Of a stretch of 64,000 nucleotides of DNA, positions 43,172 through 57,954 are shown in pieces. The notes below the pieces were generated by a model that had not been told where the DNA came from, searched no databases, and saw nothing but the letters and a program-made list of their open reading frames with translations. The first letter of the stretch is position 1. Every line of letters begins with the position of its first letter. This DNA is from Iphione sp. A-MEVVRFRX5. Lineage: Eukaryota. The stretch is taken from assembly GCA_976226885.1 (NCBI GenBank), contig OZ320314.1:57846001-57910000 (forward strand), given 5' to 3'. The position numbers and the translations under genes are program-made.

Positions 43172-44265
43172 TCCTGGTTAAAGATACAATGAAATGAAAT
43201 GACATGAATATACATTAAACCTGATTCCATCACCTCCCTATCGACCATCCTTGCTACTCTACACACAATTCCTTGGAACAGAATTGACAATTTTCTCTCT
43301 ATACCACCACCATCCCAGGCATATTCACTTGGAACCAAGCAGTGTCAGAATGGTTAGTACTGTAGTTGGGCCAAATATGGATCCAAATTAAGGGCCAACC
43401 ACTTGAGGGAGTTCATACCAGAATAAAGAACAAAACGGAGCTACCTAATCAATGTAAACCAAAAAAGGAGAACTCATTTGTGTATCTTATTGATATCTGT
43501 GATATGAAACTAACAGTCAAAGAGGCTCATCTTCCTCCTAGCGCTTTTCAACAGCTGAAAAAGAAAAATTGGAGACGCTGTGTTATCAAAGCAGATTTCC
43601 AGGCACCTTAGACAGTTGTACTTGGCATTGCCCAATGGAAATTAAAATCATTGATAGTATAAGCAGGGTGTTACCCTTGCAAAATTACTTGGAAATGAAA
43701 CATTATAGTCAGCAACATTGGGTTTCACCGTAGAAATAATGGTATGTTAGCAAGTGTAAGAAAAAATGTATGAAGTGCTCATGACATAATACTCAATGAT
43801 CTTAAGATTGTTCGCTTGTACTAATTGTAATCAGTGTCATAAACGTGGCCAATCACATCTCGTCCGCTCACCTGTAGGCCTAGATACCAGCAGGAAAAAG
43901 ATGTAATTCGACTGCACTGGACACACGTACACATTGGTAAATAACCATTCCAGTATAAAGATGATTACAAAGTGTTTATCAAATGCGTCTATAACATACG
44001 GGTATGTTGACGCAGACGACGATAAAGATCATGCAGTCGACTATCCTGTTTGAAGTAAAACGACAGCAGCGTAATATACATGCATTGAAGTGAATTTTCG
44101 GGAAGCTTAAGCGATTTAGGACACTCTTCATTGTGCTCGAGTACGCCAACGGGGACGTTATGTTTGTCAGGGACTGTACCCTTGCTCCTCGTACTTGTCC
44201 TCCTACTGTTATTGTCACTGCGGTGAAGCCGCCCCTGCAGTCACTAATGCGATCGGTGCTTCCTC

Positions 44266-44266
<1 letters not shown>

Positions 44267-44298
<32 letters not shown>
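44267..44298. repeat. (TG)16 microsatellite
   Basis: Direct read. Confidence 0.95.
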
Positions 44299-44301
<3 letters not shown>

Positions 44302-47300
44302 TTTTTCGTTTGTGCGCGTGGTGGTGGGTGTAGTGCGGTGCCGTGACACCGACACCCCACTCACACACAAAACCTATGCCATCAGTCCGTGTGATGGGAC
44401 TATATCTACCTTTACTCACCACATTCATTGTTTCCGTGCCTCCAGGGATTTACGTCTTCAAACTTAGACCTGACTGCCGTCAAATGGGAAATTTAAATTC
44501 AGCCTTAGGACTTGTTTGCCGACTACACTAGCGGTTTTCATAGTTAAGTGACTACAAATGAAGACTTGAGGCTGTCGTGGAGCACTTTTTGAAGTAAATG
44601 ATTGCTACACCGTGGGAAGAATATCTGTTGATAACACTATTACACTAAAATTTCAGTTCATTTTGTTTAACGTGAAGCACATTTACAATGATTCACTTTT
44701 TTAAACAAAAGTTGAACCTGGTCACCCGTTCGTGATGAAGCCAGCAAAATTAACGGATCTGAAACTGGATCCGTGCGTATGTCGTTTTGAGAGTAATCTT
44801 TACTAAACCGTTAAAATAATATAATAATTTTTGCCAAAGACAAAATCATTTGTAGAAACTATTATAGAATCAAATCACCATGGCTGTATAGATGTGTATC
44901 TTCCTCTAAAGGCCCATCAGCTCATGGTGTCCTATTAGTCACACGGGGGCGCGTGTGGCTCTTCACGCACCATTGGAGTAATGCTCATTGTTCCCACGTA
45001 GTTCCATCAGTGATTAATACTATGGGTTGGTAACAGAGAGACCTAAATGGAGCTGGCAGGGGAACACCCTCCCGCTTCTGTGCCTTCACAAACCACACTG
45101 CCGCCTGCTCTGGCCGCGTCGTGTTCACCTGAAGCCATCTGATGACTCAGGTAACTGGACCCCTGCTGCACCCACCCATCAACCCTCGCCGCTGCACACA
45201 TTCAGGGACCGACTGATATCCATGTCAAACATCATGTAACACGAGCAGAGCTCTTTGTCTAACATGTCCCCGCATGACATTAAAAAGTCTCACACATCTG
45301 TTCCCTTTCCTCCTCCTCGAACTCCTTGTCAAAATGTTGAAAGCATCTCTGCGTAGGATCTAACTATAGAAGACAAGATCCTCACAGTATTCTTCATCCA
45401 CACCTCGTGAATTCAACTAATCATTTATGATAGACTGAACGACATTATCCTCCCTTCTAGTCCACCGAAAATAACCACCTGGCCTTTAGAAGTGACATTA
45501 TAGTCGTGTCCGGGTTGTAATTGTTTCACTTGTCTTTGAAATATTTTTACGCATCAGTATTTTCATAAGATCATAAAAATATAATTATTCGTGTACTAAA
45601 AGGCTGATATCATGTGTAGAATGAATTGAAAATTTGAAAATTTACTTTAGAAATACTTCTCTTGTAACAAAAATAAGTGCACTACACCAAAAAGGTTTTT
45701 ATTCATCAGTTTTACTCAGGAGACATACAGCAACAGCATCAGGTAGGCGAGTCCAGAGAGAGCGGTTTGGGCTCCCACCATATATATGCATCTACATTTG
45801 TAAACAATTTTACAAGATTGACCCTAAAGGTTATTTCTTTAGAAGACGTTGAAAAGAACATTTTCTCTTCTAATTGATTCCTTTACTCTAGTAATTTATG
45901 ATAAACTTTCAGTAACGTCCAGTTTCTAACTCTTTTGGATCCTTACTTAAACAACTGGAATAATACTTTTAAGAGTTTTCATAATTTGATGTGCCAGATG
46001 GCATTATTACAGGCAACTCTCAAGTGTCATGAAACATCTTATTATAAGAACGAAAACGACGTACAAATGCGCACTGTAGTAAGAAATCAAAGAAACAAAT
46101 TTGACATATCCATAGCAGAAAAACTCTGAGTATGGCTTATGTCTAAAGAAAGCCTTTAGTAAAAACCCAAACTTTTGAAGCTTCCCCTGCATAGTTCCTC
46201 TTCATTGATCAAAGCCGCCCTTTACATAATAACCTAGCAGCTCTCACACTAGCCACATTCACAAAGCATGCAAGGGAAGCTTAGTGTCTCCATCTTTATC
46301 ATTATTTTGTTGGCTTTTTTTATGTCGGCTCAAGGAAAACAACGGCAAAGCTTTTGTCCTGGTATCCGAACGCCATCTTCCTTCTGGTGTGTGCAGGGTG
46401 TGGTAGATAGGTGGAGCTTGTCTGGAGGTGAGCGGGTTGAGGATGAGTAGTGTGGGTGGGTTGTATTGGCTGTTTTTGTGTGGCATCCCCTTGTGGCGAG
46501 GGGCTGTTAGTAGAGTGCAACCGTTAAATGGACACGAGGATGGGCCGGGTAATAGGGAATCGACCGGCCATCGGTGGGGTCTTCTGCAGGACATGGACAG
46601 GCGCCGTTAGACCAAATAACTGTAGGATTGAATAATGGAAGGCGCAATCAATGTCCGCCGTGCTTCTGGTGATGGATCAAGGAAGGTCCCCATGTTGGTT
46701 ATGTCCACAGTTCAATCGTCTATTTCCATTTATGTACACATGTAGAGAGTTCTCTTTGAAGAACCTGCGTACTTAATGATACTCAAGTGGACCTTGCGTT
46801 TCAAGTAAATACATGACCATTTCCCATCAATACCACAAACCCGCAAACATTTTTCATGGCATGTTCTTTTGGTTTGCATGCAACGCGTATGATTGTATCA
46901 AAGTTGGCAAGAGCTTTCTCACAAATAGTGGATCTGAGAAGGAAATACAGTCTGTTATAATTTTCTTTACTGTCTCGGCGTACTGTTTGCCACAAACTGT
47001 TTTCAAACCAGAGATTTCATCCCGACCGCTGTTTTAATCATAAGATGACCTTTAAGATCGAAGCGAAGAACTAATAGTATCATAGCTTAAATATAGACTC
47101 GGGAAATGTCAGATATTGAAAGAGGTCAACAAACGCTGCATTCACCATTCGCGGTTTAAAGTGTGTTTTATCCGACCCAAAAATCTATCCTTTGGTTAAT
47201 TATAGAATTTAGGTTTCAACCGTAGCTAGAATAGGAGTGTTCTCTGTTAAAGGTTTTGTGGTTTTCGCTGGACATCAATAATTTTGCTGTGGCCTGTGCC

Positions 47301-48044
47301 TTGATTTGTTTGGCCAATGCTAAAAATGCAATGTGCGATCTTTCTTTCCCAGGCAGCATGCATGTCGTGGTTCAGTTCGTTCTTTAGGTTATACACTGTT
47401 TGGTGACTGGAAATTAATTTTATTCAGGTGCGTGTACATTGATCCTCTTTACTTTGAGTTTTGATCATCACGCAGCCGTGAATAAATTTCTTGATGAACA
47501 ACCCTTCCAGGTCTCAAAATTGTAATTCTTATGGGTGTCCATTAAGCGCCAGCAGATAGTATAGATTATTGTCCTCTGTACTTGCAAAGGACCCAAACTC
47601 AGGTGAGAATAGTTTGTTATGCAAACCTGTATCAGCATGCAAGCTGAGAGGCTCCCTAACAGCAGTATCACAGGACTTTCCACGCATGCAAATTGGAAAT
47701 CTATTTTGTTAAGTAGCCATCAGGTGTCTAGGGCGTGGTAATTGGGTGTCACTGGCGGAGCCACTGTCGCTTACCTGACCGATTGCTGTCAGACACATGT
47801 TAATTCTATATAGTCAGTAATGGCTTTGACCTGAGAGAGCAACAAGGACAGCACAAGCTCTACACAGCATCCTATACGGGTTGTCAGTTATGTTCTTAAA
47901 AATAAGAAAGAGCTGCTCTGTAATGACCTTATTAATAAGGTTAGTGAAAAGAGAGCTTGATGTCTCTCTCAAAAATCTGTGGAAGGTGCAGTGGGTCTTT
48001 CTGTAGCGTACTAGTATATACTTTATACAGTCTTTCCATAATAA

Positions 48045-48628
48045 GGCTGGCTTTCCATGCATCCGGAAATTACCTCTGGAGCATGTGGTCCATGCTCTGG
48101 AAAAAAAATTCTATTGCTCACAACTTAAGTGTTCCCACAAATGCATGCTATGTGCTCCATGCTCTGTGTCCAGAGGTAAAAAAAAGAACCTGGGCCATAA
48201 AATTCTCCGGAAACCAGAGCACAGAGACCCACATAGACCAGTAGAATAGGGAAATAAGGGTGAGGATCATGTAAGATGTGGGTGCAGGTCATGTAAAATA
48301 AAGGTGATGGTCATGTGAAATATTATTGAATTTGCATATCATTTGCATTAAACTACACAATTTCAGCCGATATGTGTAAACCTCCGTGAAAAACTGCACA
48401 GTTTCCACCAATATGTGTAAACCTCCGTGAAAAACCACATGCACAACTTCCACCAATATGCTTCTCCTATCCTCTTTCTCTCTCCCCTTCTCTCTCTCCA
48501 TCTCTGGTTCTCTCTGGTTTCCGTATACATACATGGAAAGTACCTCTCCGGAGAAGGACAGAAAACGGTCTTATTCTCTGGACGCTCACACAGTGTGGAA
48601 AAAAATCTGTATACATGGAAAGCTGGCC
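48045..48628. mobile_element. PIF/Harbinger-type MITE (584 bp)
   Basis: TIRs GGCTGGCTTTCCATG / CATGGAAAGCTGGCC (13/15 match), TAA TSD at 48042-44 and 48629-31, and an internal duplication of ATATGTGTAAACCTCCGTGAAAAAC. Confidence 0.8.
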
Positions 48629-51600
48629 TAATTCATGAGTTAAATTTTCACGGGTATCTTTTCTTTGAGCAACGAACTCTGCATTTGATATGAAGAGTAT
48701 CCACTTTAGCATACTCCCACTAATTAAGCTTAATGTAATAATTTATAAGTGAATAGAAACATTCGCGCTTGTCCTTTTTTACCCGGAGACCAAAATGACA
48801 GGAAAGTCTTAGCAACCACACAGTTCCGAGTGGTAGCACCATATGATTTCCTAATTGATTCCATTACGCTTCGTGGTCCCCAATCCATAGGCAGTGGTCC
48901 ACATTTCCTTTACACAACACTGTCTATAGGAAATCGTTGTCCCGTGTTTCAGTCTTTTTGATCGGCGGCGAATTTTCTAATTAAACGTCTGAAGAGCGAC
49001 GCGGACGGTGCGCCGACATTGATGAATCGATCTGCAGGCAGTGGTGAGCCAGTGCAGCAGTCGCCAAAGGCGGGCCGAGACACGGCTGACATGTACCAAG
49101 CCTGGAGACCTCAGCAGCCTCTTGTTATAACGCAAATGACATTGCTGGTACTATAGATGTGCGAGAAGAATTGCAATTCTACGCAGATTTAATATTTAGA
49201 GCTTTGCTTTAGTTCTTACACTTAATGGGTAGTACATTTTAGGTGTAAACCCATTCTATAAGTAACGAATAAAATGATTAATATTATTAGTTTGTATAAC
49301 TAGTGTACCTGCTATCCTAGAAGTCAACAAAGTATACGCGTGGTACAAATCTTGTCCTTCAGTCTATGAGATTTGTTTTTCATGAGTATCTAAACAAATA
49401 ACTTTGTTAGGAATTTATCAGAGAAGGGTTTTTTTATGCCTTTCCTTTCCGAACATCTGTAGATATTCTCTCAACATCTCACTCTCTGGCGGATCTGCTC
49501 CTGGCGACATCACTGCTACACGTGCTTTGTGAGAACGAACGTAGGCGATAAACCTGCGTTAAAGCGTTTGATAGTTCTTTTACTGTCGTTTCCGCTGGCA
49601 AGAATATACGTACCCACTTGGATTATCCCATGCCAACCGTCACTTTTTCCTGCTAATTTTCGTTGCGGATGTATGTTTCGGTTATGGAGTTCCGTCTTTA
49701 GTCGCTACATTTAATTATAATCAGCACCAAATTTGACAGGATTCCTACGCACGCGTGCTTTCATCAGATAAAATATCCTCAAGTGTGTTCATTTCACCAT
49801 TCAAAGATGCAGTCTTGTGAATGTAGTCGATACTTTCCCCTCTAATTATGTTTACATAGAATTTATTAATAAATCTACATTGAAGGTGTATTTTGTGGTT
49901 TCCATCAGTATGATAAACTGCCTGCCCCAGACAATACATAACCACAGGTATGTTCGATGATATTATTAAAACGAATAGAAACAGCTGTGCTCGCGATGTG
50001 TGTACATCACACAGAGGCTTACCACTTGCAAGCCCAACTATTCTAAATGTAGCAGAGCCCGGACAATCCATCAGTATAAGCGACACGGACATAAACACCG
50101 CATTAACACAGTTTTTGTGTCCAGAGTAAATCCAGCTTATTGAATTATACTATTTCTCATACGTTCTTTGATGACCAGGCAATGTGTCTGGGATAACAAC
50201 AATTTGATAAATATAAATGTGAATATTACATTATTACATGCACGTTACAGATTTGACGTGTTGATGGTCCTTCACCGATGCTTGCCCTCTGAACTGCATT
50301 GTCCTTGAAAAATAGTAGCGGACCTCAATTTTATTCCCATATATGATGAAACGTGTCTTGATAAACAAATACTTGTAGATGAGCAGGAATTGAATATCAG
50401 TCTTCATATATATACTGTAGCAAATATAATTAATTTGCTCCCAAACCAAATACAGGCCACGGTAAATTGCGTTATCCTATTGCAAATGCGGTGGAATAGA
50501 TTTCCGAAAGAACATGTTTAGAGATACCTAGATATACACGAGCGAGTGTATATATGTATGAATGTATACATATATATAGGTCCTAGGTAGAAAACATCCA
50601 TTCGAGATGCAAGTATGCAGTGAATGTGTTGACATGCGCAGCCGGCGGTACACGCAGGAGTGTGTCGTCCGCCACTTCCCAGGGTCACACTGGCCTGACA
50701 TGGCCTCAGGCCCTCGTGTAGAACTATAGGCCCGTGTAAGGCAGGAGGTCCAGGTGTTAATAGGCCATCACCAATGACATGTATGTATACATAGGAGACA
50801 CTATTCGTGGCCACAGGGCACAGCCAACAAGCATGGTTTTGGTTTCATTATTGACCCGCTGTTGCCTATTGTTTTTGTTTGTTCTTTAAGCTGACTTCAG
50901 CGATAGAATCAACAGATTACATTCTGTAAGGGGCAGGGAAGAAAGAAATAATAATTCATAGTATCCAGCCTTTCCTGAAATAAGAAGCATTATGTGCTGA
51001 TAGTTACTCCCCTGTCATTGTACAACTTTATACCGGGAACCCCACCTTTTCCAAGCACTCCATTAGGAGGATAAAGACGTGGGGTGGGGTAGACGTCAAC
51101 ACCAGCACGATTCCCTGCCTATTGGGGGATGTATTTATGGCCAGATGCGTAATATTTCATGTCACTTCATACTTCTTTAGTCGTTTCACTCGTGTTCGCT
51201 TTCTACACACCAACTAGATGCATTGCTGGAGGTGACCATGGCGCGGATGGCAACGACGTAGGTGTAAATGATCGTACGTAATAAAGTATGGTAGACCAGC
51301 AAGTGTCTGATCTAATGAGACACGCATTTGACTCGTAACGCTTGTTCAACTGGCCGTTGCCCACGGCAGTCATCCATCACTTGGTTTACATGAGAGACAC
51401 AGCCCACATGTGATGGTGTGGTAAACTCGACCAGAGAGTGTCTCAGTGACACCAAACGTTTGTACAGACTGAGTGTGCCATTTGAGAATAGTACAAATAT
51501 TTCATTCTGCGTTTGCCTCCAGCAGAATGGTAATGTTACTACCGTCGACATGACACGAACCGTTACATGCCATTTTCTTAAAGGCAGTAACATGTAAGCA

Positions 51601-54600
51601 ACAGGTTCCCATCATACACCGACGTCTAAACTTTAGGTTTACACTCCCGTTAAATGAGTTGATAATACTTAACCAACAGTACTAGAACATGAACATGGTT
51701 GCCTGCATGGATGGCATGGCACTGCTAATACAAGTGCAGGCTTGAGTGAGTGGATGACACTATGCCAATGGTGCTAGTACATGAACACACGTAAATGAGT
51801 GGACTCCACAGTGGTACATTTATATGGTATATGTTTCTACTGGCACATGATGTGAGTGGATTACATTCTACGGACGGTGCCAGTACACAGAAGCACATCC
51901 GTTCTTTCGTCCGTTCTTTGAGAACCCGGAGAGCCGTATGAAACACAGCTCTACCAAGCTTCAGTTGGCGACCGGGGTGCCATTTGTAAAACTGCTGATA
52001 TGCCAATTTCCGTGTCTGACCCTAGGGACCCTGACAGAGCAACACACGCACCAGGCGCGCGCCATCAAAGCTCTCCTCTGAGGGGTTCTCCTTAGTGCCG
52101 TCCGTCTACTGTTTGATATCTGAAACAAACAGGACAAGAAAATTGCAATAATCGCCTCATATGGACCACGCGCCGCCATAGTAATAGGCCTCCAGGTTAG
52201 ATGTTCAGTTGTGCCTGTATTTTTCCTGTCATCCATGTTTTCTAGCATCGTTTACTTCTCTTTTTGCCGCGCGATATCTGTCTCTCAGTCGCGCACGCTT
52301 TCTCCGAGTACATACAAATATCTATATATACATATATATTTATATGCTCGGTGTATATGTAAAACCACTGTGTTTCAGGGGATGTCCCTTGATCTAAGTT
52401 TGCCTCCAACATCGCTATCTTTGCCTTGTGTTATTTTTGTCTATCTCTGCGTTGTGTTACTTTTGTCTATTAGAGATAACCCTCGGCCGGGTGCGGACAG
52501 GCCAATTCAATTACCACGTTGCCATAACAGCCGATCTGTTGCCCGTGAGATAGGGACCTAAAGCACAGGTCCTCTAATGGCCGCTCCTCAGTGACTCACA
52601 GCGCCGGGTGAGCCTTGCGTGCTATACTACTCAGAAATGTCCGTTTTCCGCTGGCGCACCCACGCTCCGCCTCACCCGTGCACCCACAGGGCATCCATTC
52701 CTCCCATGTTACAAACGCATGTCGTTTTCAGAACTAACCTGCCCTCTTCCACCAAGTGAACATTCCCCTTGCACTCTCGGGAAAAGAAAGCCGGTCTTGC
52801 GGGTCAGGCTGTCCACGTGGCCCGCCTTAGAGTGTACACATTACTGGCCTTTTGAGTCATTAATATTTCTCATGCCATCGATTGGGTACATGGATTAGGT
52901 CCATCGTGATTTATTGCTAGCATTTGCCTACTTTTATGGACAGGGGCGCCTGATCGGCTATGCTTTAATGGAGTATTACTCCGGGTGCCGTGGCAGTATA
53001 GTCCTCATTCATATCGAAATCTCGTCCCTAACGTGAAAATTAAAATTAATTATTGTCTCACGTTTTGTCTCGTTCGCATTGCGCCATTGATAACATACAT
53101 ATCTTGGATGAGACGTTACAGTTGCTAAATATGAACTTTAATGAACGCGTGACTATCTAAGGCCAAACAATGTCTATGCGTGCCTTTCAGCTACTGCGTA
53201 TATTGTTCTACCGTGCACCACTGTGATAAAGGCAACATTGATACCCAAAATGCCCCTGCAACACAGTATTTAAGTAGAGTAGAGTAATTGAATGAGATTA
53301 TTTGCCCTAAACTATTTGTATACATGTTGGGTTGGACTAAGACTAATGTACAAGGCCTGTAGAATAGGGTTTAACTTCAGCCCTTCCTTGAGGCATACCT
53401 TTTAAACACAAAATATTACACCGCACTTAGAATGTTGCCTCAGCTTTTAAGTTTTTTCATCCTTATAAGATAGATTCATAAGCCATAGGGGAAAATGATG
53501 CTTAAATATTAGATGTGCTGTGGGTTAAAATGATATTGATCGGAAAGCTACAACTAAAACCCGTTACCTTGATCATTTTGGCTGAAAAGTAAGCGGGTGA
53601 TGACGACCGGTGTCTGAAAATTGACTTTGGAAAAACAAATCTATTCCCAGCTTGTCTCTCTGCTGTTACCGTCACCATATCTCGCCCAGGAGCATTGCTA
53701 GGACGGGTGCAGACAACTACATCCAGTTCCTAATCAGCCAGAACTCCTCCAGTGGCAGGGCGAGTTACACTCTAACCATCAGGGTCCGCCTGTCCTATTA
53801 CCGTGCTGTTTATTGCCCTTCTGGTGCCTCACCCCAACTAAAAAAAAACCTTCATACAACTACAGGCAGCGATACTACGGCTTAACTGATGACCTGCACA
53901 CGCATGTTTGTCAGACTCTCAAGGCCTGGTGGACCCCCTAACGACCGGTGCGAGTCGAGCGGTAATTATCGCTATAATGTAGCCCTCGGGTTCATCCCCC
54001 TTGAAACTGCAAAGAAAACTACACGTAGCTTTTAGTCATTTAGTCCCAAATGGTGCCGTCATGTTACATAGGAAAGTGCATTACTTCATTTATTTGAAAA
54101 TGGGCACCGCGACGTGGGGAACGTGACTGCATTTTCATGCAGGAAAGGCAAACAACGATGGGCGGAACGGGAACTTGCCATTTTTCATTTTACCTGAGTA
54201 CAGTTCTTGCATTATGTATTAACAATTCCTTTAAGTCAATTTTATTAAACAAAGTGTAACTTGAAGAAGTTCCGTCCAGCATCAGTGTCTCCCTATTTGT
54301 CTTTCAACGTATACAGTGTTTAATAGACGCCTAAAATGCATACATACTTATATACAAGATATTTCCCTCTAAATTCCTTTTCTTCTCAATTAAGCCCGGT
54401 TCAACACATATAGAATGGAATATGGCATGTGATATCTACGTCCACCTATCAGTGAGACTTACAATGTAGTTCCCTGTGATCCCACGCTCTGTGCGAATAT
54501 GCCTGAACCACTTTGGCCACATGATAAATCAAGTCTAACGTATTCACGGGTGCGTCTCTCCTAAACTCCCCTCTCGATGAGCTGATTCGTTGCACACGGG

Positions 54601-57600
54601 ATGGTGGCATTTTCGAGGTAGACCGCCCCAGCTAAATTCCGGTCATCGGGTCGCTTTGACGTTCTATTTTAGACCCATAAATCACAATGACGAGGGGACT
54701 TTTCCTTGTAATTTGGAAACAGCAGAATGATAAATGTCTAATGCTCTTAACGTTAATGTTTTAAGACGTTTCAAATATGCACACTACTGGTAATTGTCCC
54801 TGCATTTCGGCTACCTAATAGGGGGAAATCTATATTTTCTGTATAAGATGTACTGTTTGGCATCAATACTCGTTAATGAATTGCACACGTTACCGCTTCA
54901 TTTTCTCATCACGTTTGCCTAGCGGAGACACGATTGACGCGTAGCCATGTTCACAATAGCGAATCCCCAAGATCATCTGTCTATAATGAGGCTACTAAGA
55001 TTCATATCTTATCTAATTGACACAATTACTGCTACAATTTTATCAAGTACTAATTTGATGAAATATTAGCCACATTAGATTTTTCCCGTTCGAATACCGC
55101 GGGAATAGGCAATGCCAATAACGCCAGTAAGGTCCTCCACAAAAGTGTTTTACGAACATGACAGTAGCGTGGTTCTAGCTTACGTTATGATGAATATTCT
55201 CTGGAGATTTTAAACAACAAACAGGTGCTAGTCTGTAGAGTACAATTACAATAAAAGCGTTGATGATATTTTACCGTTTAGTTCCATCTTGCTTCGTACT
55301 AAGAGTGCCGTGCTCTGCAACACACGTACATGTAATTAGAGAATAACATAGCTTTCTAGCGTCAATGGTTATTTTCAAATTAAAAGGCAAGCCCGAAGTC
55401 TACGAAATAGTTTCTTAATAACTACCACAATTCATCGCATGCGCGCATCATACAGGGGACTACCTTTTTTGCAGTAAAGATCGCTCATATGGTTCATACT
55501 TATGGCACTTTTAAAACTACTGCTAAGACTAGGGGATTAATTTAGCGCTGGTTACTCAGTGTCCTTTCCCAGCCGATTGCTGCGTCTGACCGAATTCCGG
55601 AAAATGCACAGATAATAGTCACGGGACACGAAGCAAACGAACCCTTTCTCTCAGACATTTGGAAAACAATTGCGTCTCTACACGTGTTTTTGCGTGGTTC
55701 GTGACAATATTTCCCAGGAACCCCGGATTCAGCACGTTTATGTCCATTGTCTGTGATTAATATTTATTCAGCGAGGAGAACAATTCCCCGGACCGAGAGG
55801 AAGTACCAATAAGACAGCGATGTGTCCTCATCAAAGAAAGCAATCTTCAGACAAGAGAACAATATCTTACCAGGAGATATTTATTTACGAGATCAGAATT
55901 CAGTCCAAAGACGTCTTAGACTGTGTGTCTGTGCCAGATCAGCAGAAGCAACTCCCAATTGGAAGATGAGGGATTGGCAATAACAAAAAACCTATGGTGC
56001 GGTGTGTTTTCTCTTGACAGTTCCCATATGCGTTCTGCTCGACAGTCAACATTGTCGCTAGTAATTGATGCGATATGAATGTCACCGTTGGTCTGCTTTA
56101 TAGGAAGAAGATCAATACGCTTTCTTGGTGGCAAGAGCGAAAAAACACTAGGCTAAGAAATCGCAAACGGCCCTTGGGAGATTCAATGTCATGGTTACTT
56201 TCGGAGAATTTGCTGTCACATGTACCGTGTCTACTACTACACTGCAGAACGGGAAAACATATATTACGAACAGATGTTTCTTCTGAAAGAAAGTGTGAGT
56301 TAGCAATAAAGATTGTTCTGCAGCCAAATGTTAAAGAGTGACAAGAAAAGCTGCTTATATTAAAGTCTCCCGTGAAGAGGTCTGCCATGCGCCACCCTAC
56401 GGTTGTAGGCGTTATGCGGCAACCGTCAAGGCGTAAGTCTGGCCAAGAGTTAAAAAGAGCCGAAATGAGAAGCTCAGCTATTCAAACACGCCAATCCCCT
56501 GTGCTTGGCAACCCGGCAAATTCCGTCACATTTCTTGCTCAGGGACTGGCTCTGTAGGTAGTGGGGTCGGTTCAGTTCTAAATAGGGACGAAGTTTTCCG
56601 CGGCGGGGATGAAAAATGCCTCCAACTCTAATTGTGTTTTCGATCCATGTTGATCAGCCTTTGCTTGCTTCGGGAAATGAGCTCATTGCTGGCGTGATTG
56701 GATGATCGAGTCAAATTAGGACTGACCTTTTGTCAGGCTTAGTGAGCCAGCCCTTTGTGGGCGCTCAGGGGTGCTAAAGGGTGAGAGAGCACCACCGCCC
56801 GTGGATGGGACGGACTGGGCTGGTGAACACACTGACAGCAGATTACAGCCAAGAGAATTAGGCAGTGCTTTATAGCTGTTGGAATCTCGGGAAAGCTCCG
56901 TCGCCACTGGTCTGACATGCTGAGACCTTTGACAATCATATATCGGTTCCTCGCCACATTCATTCATCTTTGTAGTTTTGCCAATATTGCCATAATTTGA
57001 TACGTTCGTGTAAAATGTTTGCGTGATCTGGATTTGAAAAACGCCCTGTTAAAGTAGAATTCACATATACACGTACGTGTATGATGAAATCATTTCAATT
57101 CCATTAAGACAAATTTGATCAGCAACACTGATCTGCAACTTCGTATCATTTTAAAGCCATATGATTTGCATGGCCACGCAGATATCACAGTGCACTATGA
57201 ATCAAATCCCTAGATTTATCATAATTGTTCAAGAGAGAGGCTCTCTCCGTTTAGCACTTACTTGATAGAGCCAAGGTAGTGGTCGTCTTTATAACCGCAA
57301 ATAAAGTACCATCCAGCTCGCCTTGGGCAGTGGACACCTCTTTCTCTCTCCTAACTGCGTGATCCATCCCCTTTATGTGATTATTTTACCGTGCGGCTAG
57401 AAGAGGAGAGGTTAGCACCCAAACCACAAACTCCCGTCTGCAATGGCTTAGAGAGGCGACCATAAACTTTATGATGGATGCTGAGGGACAAACCTTAGCT
57501 TTCCGCAACGCCACAGGCCCGTAGCCCTCTCTGCGGGCTCGGGGTGTGAGGGAGAGTGCGCCGAAGGAAGAAAAAAAATCCTGGTGTTGAGCCGCCACCT

Positions 57601-57954
57601 GACAGCCCCTTACCATCGTGATCAATCATAGCCGAAAGGCATTGTAAGCTCTTTTAGTGGCGCTCATATTGGTCGAGTGTGTATGTAGACAAGGGTGAAA
57701 GTATGCGGGTAGGGGCCATGAGAGCGGTGGGGAGGCCAACGAGGAGCTACTGGCAAGCAAGGCAAAGTCACACCCCGGTCCGAGATCGATCAAGGATCCA
57801 TCCCCACCTCTCTTGGCCATCTCCCTCCGTATGCGGTCTTGCGATTGTTTATATTGTGCATAAACCCATTTCGGTAAAATGAATTCAAATGAATTTACAT
57901 GGGAATGAATTCAATTAGATGCGTGTATTTACTTAAAGTACTTAGGTCAAGGAG

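Noticed and set aside
44100-44170. LFIVLEYANGDVMF resembles protein-kinase subdomain V
   Set aside because: No flanking kinase motifs (HPNIV, HRD, DFG) in any frame; a 14-aa match is compatible with chance.
43979-44467. ORFs of 149, 90 and 66 aa
   Set aside because: Their openness is explained by the (TG)16 microsatellite.
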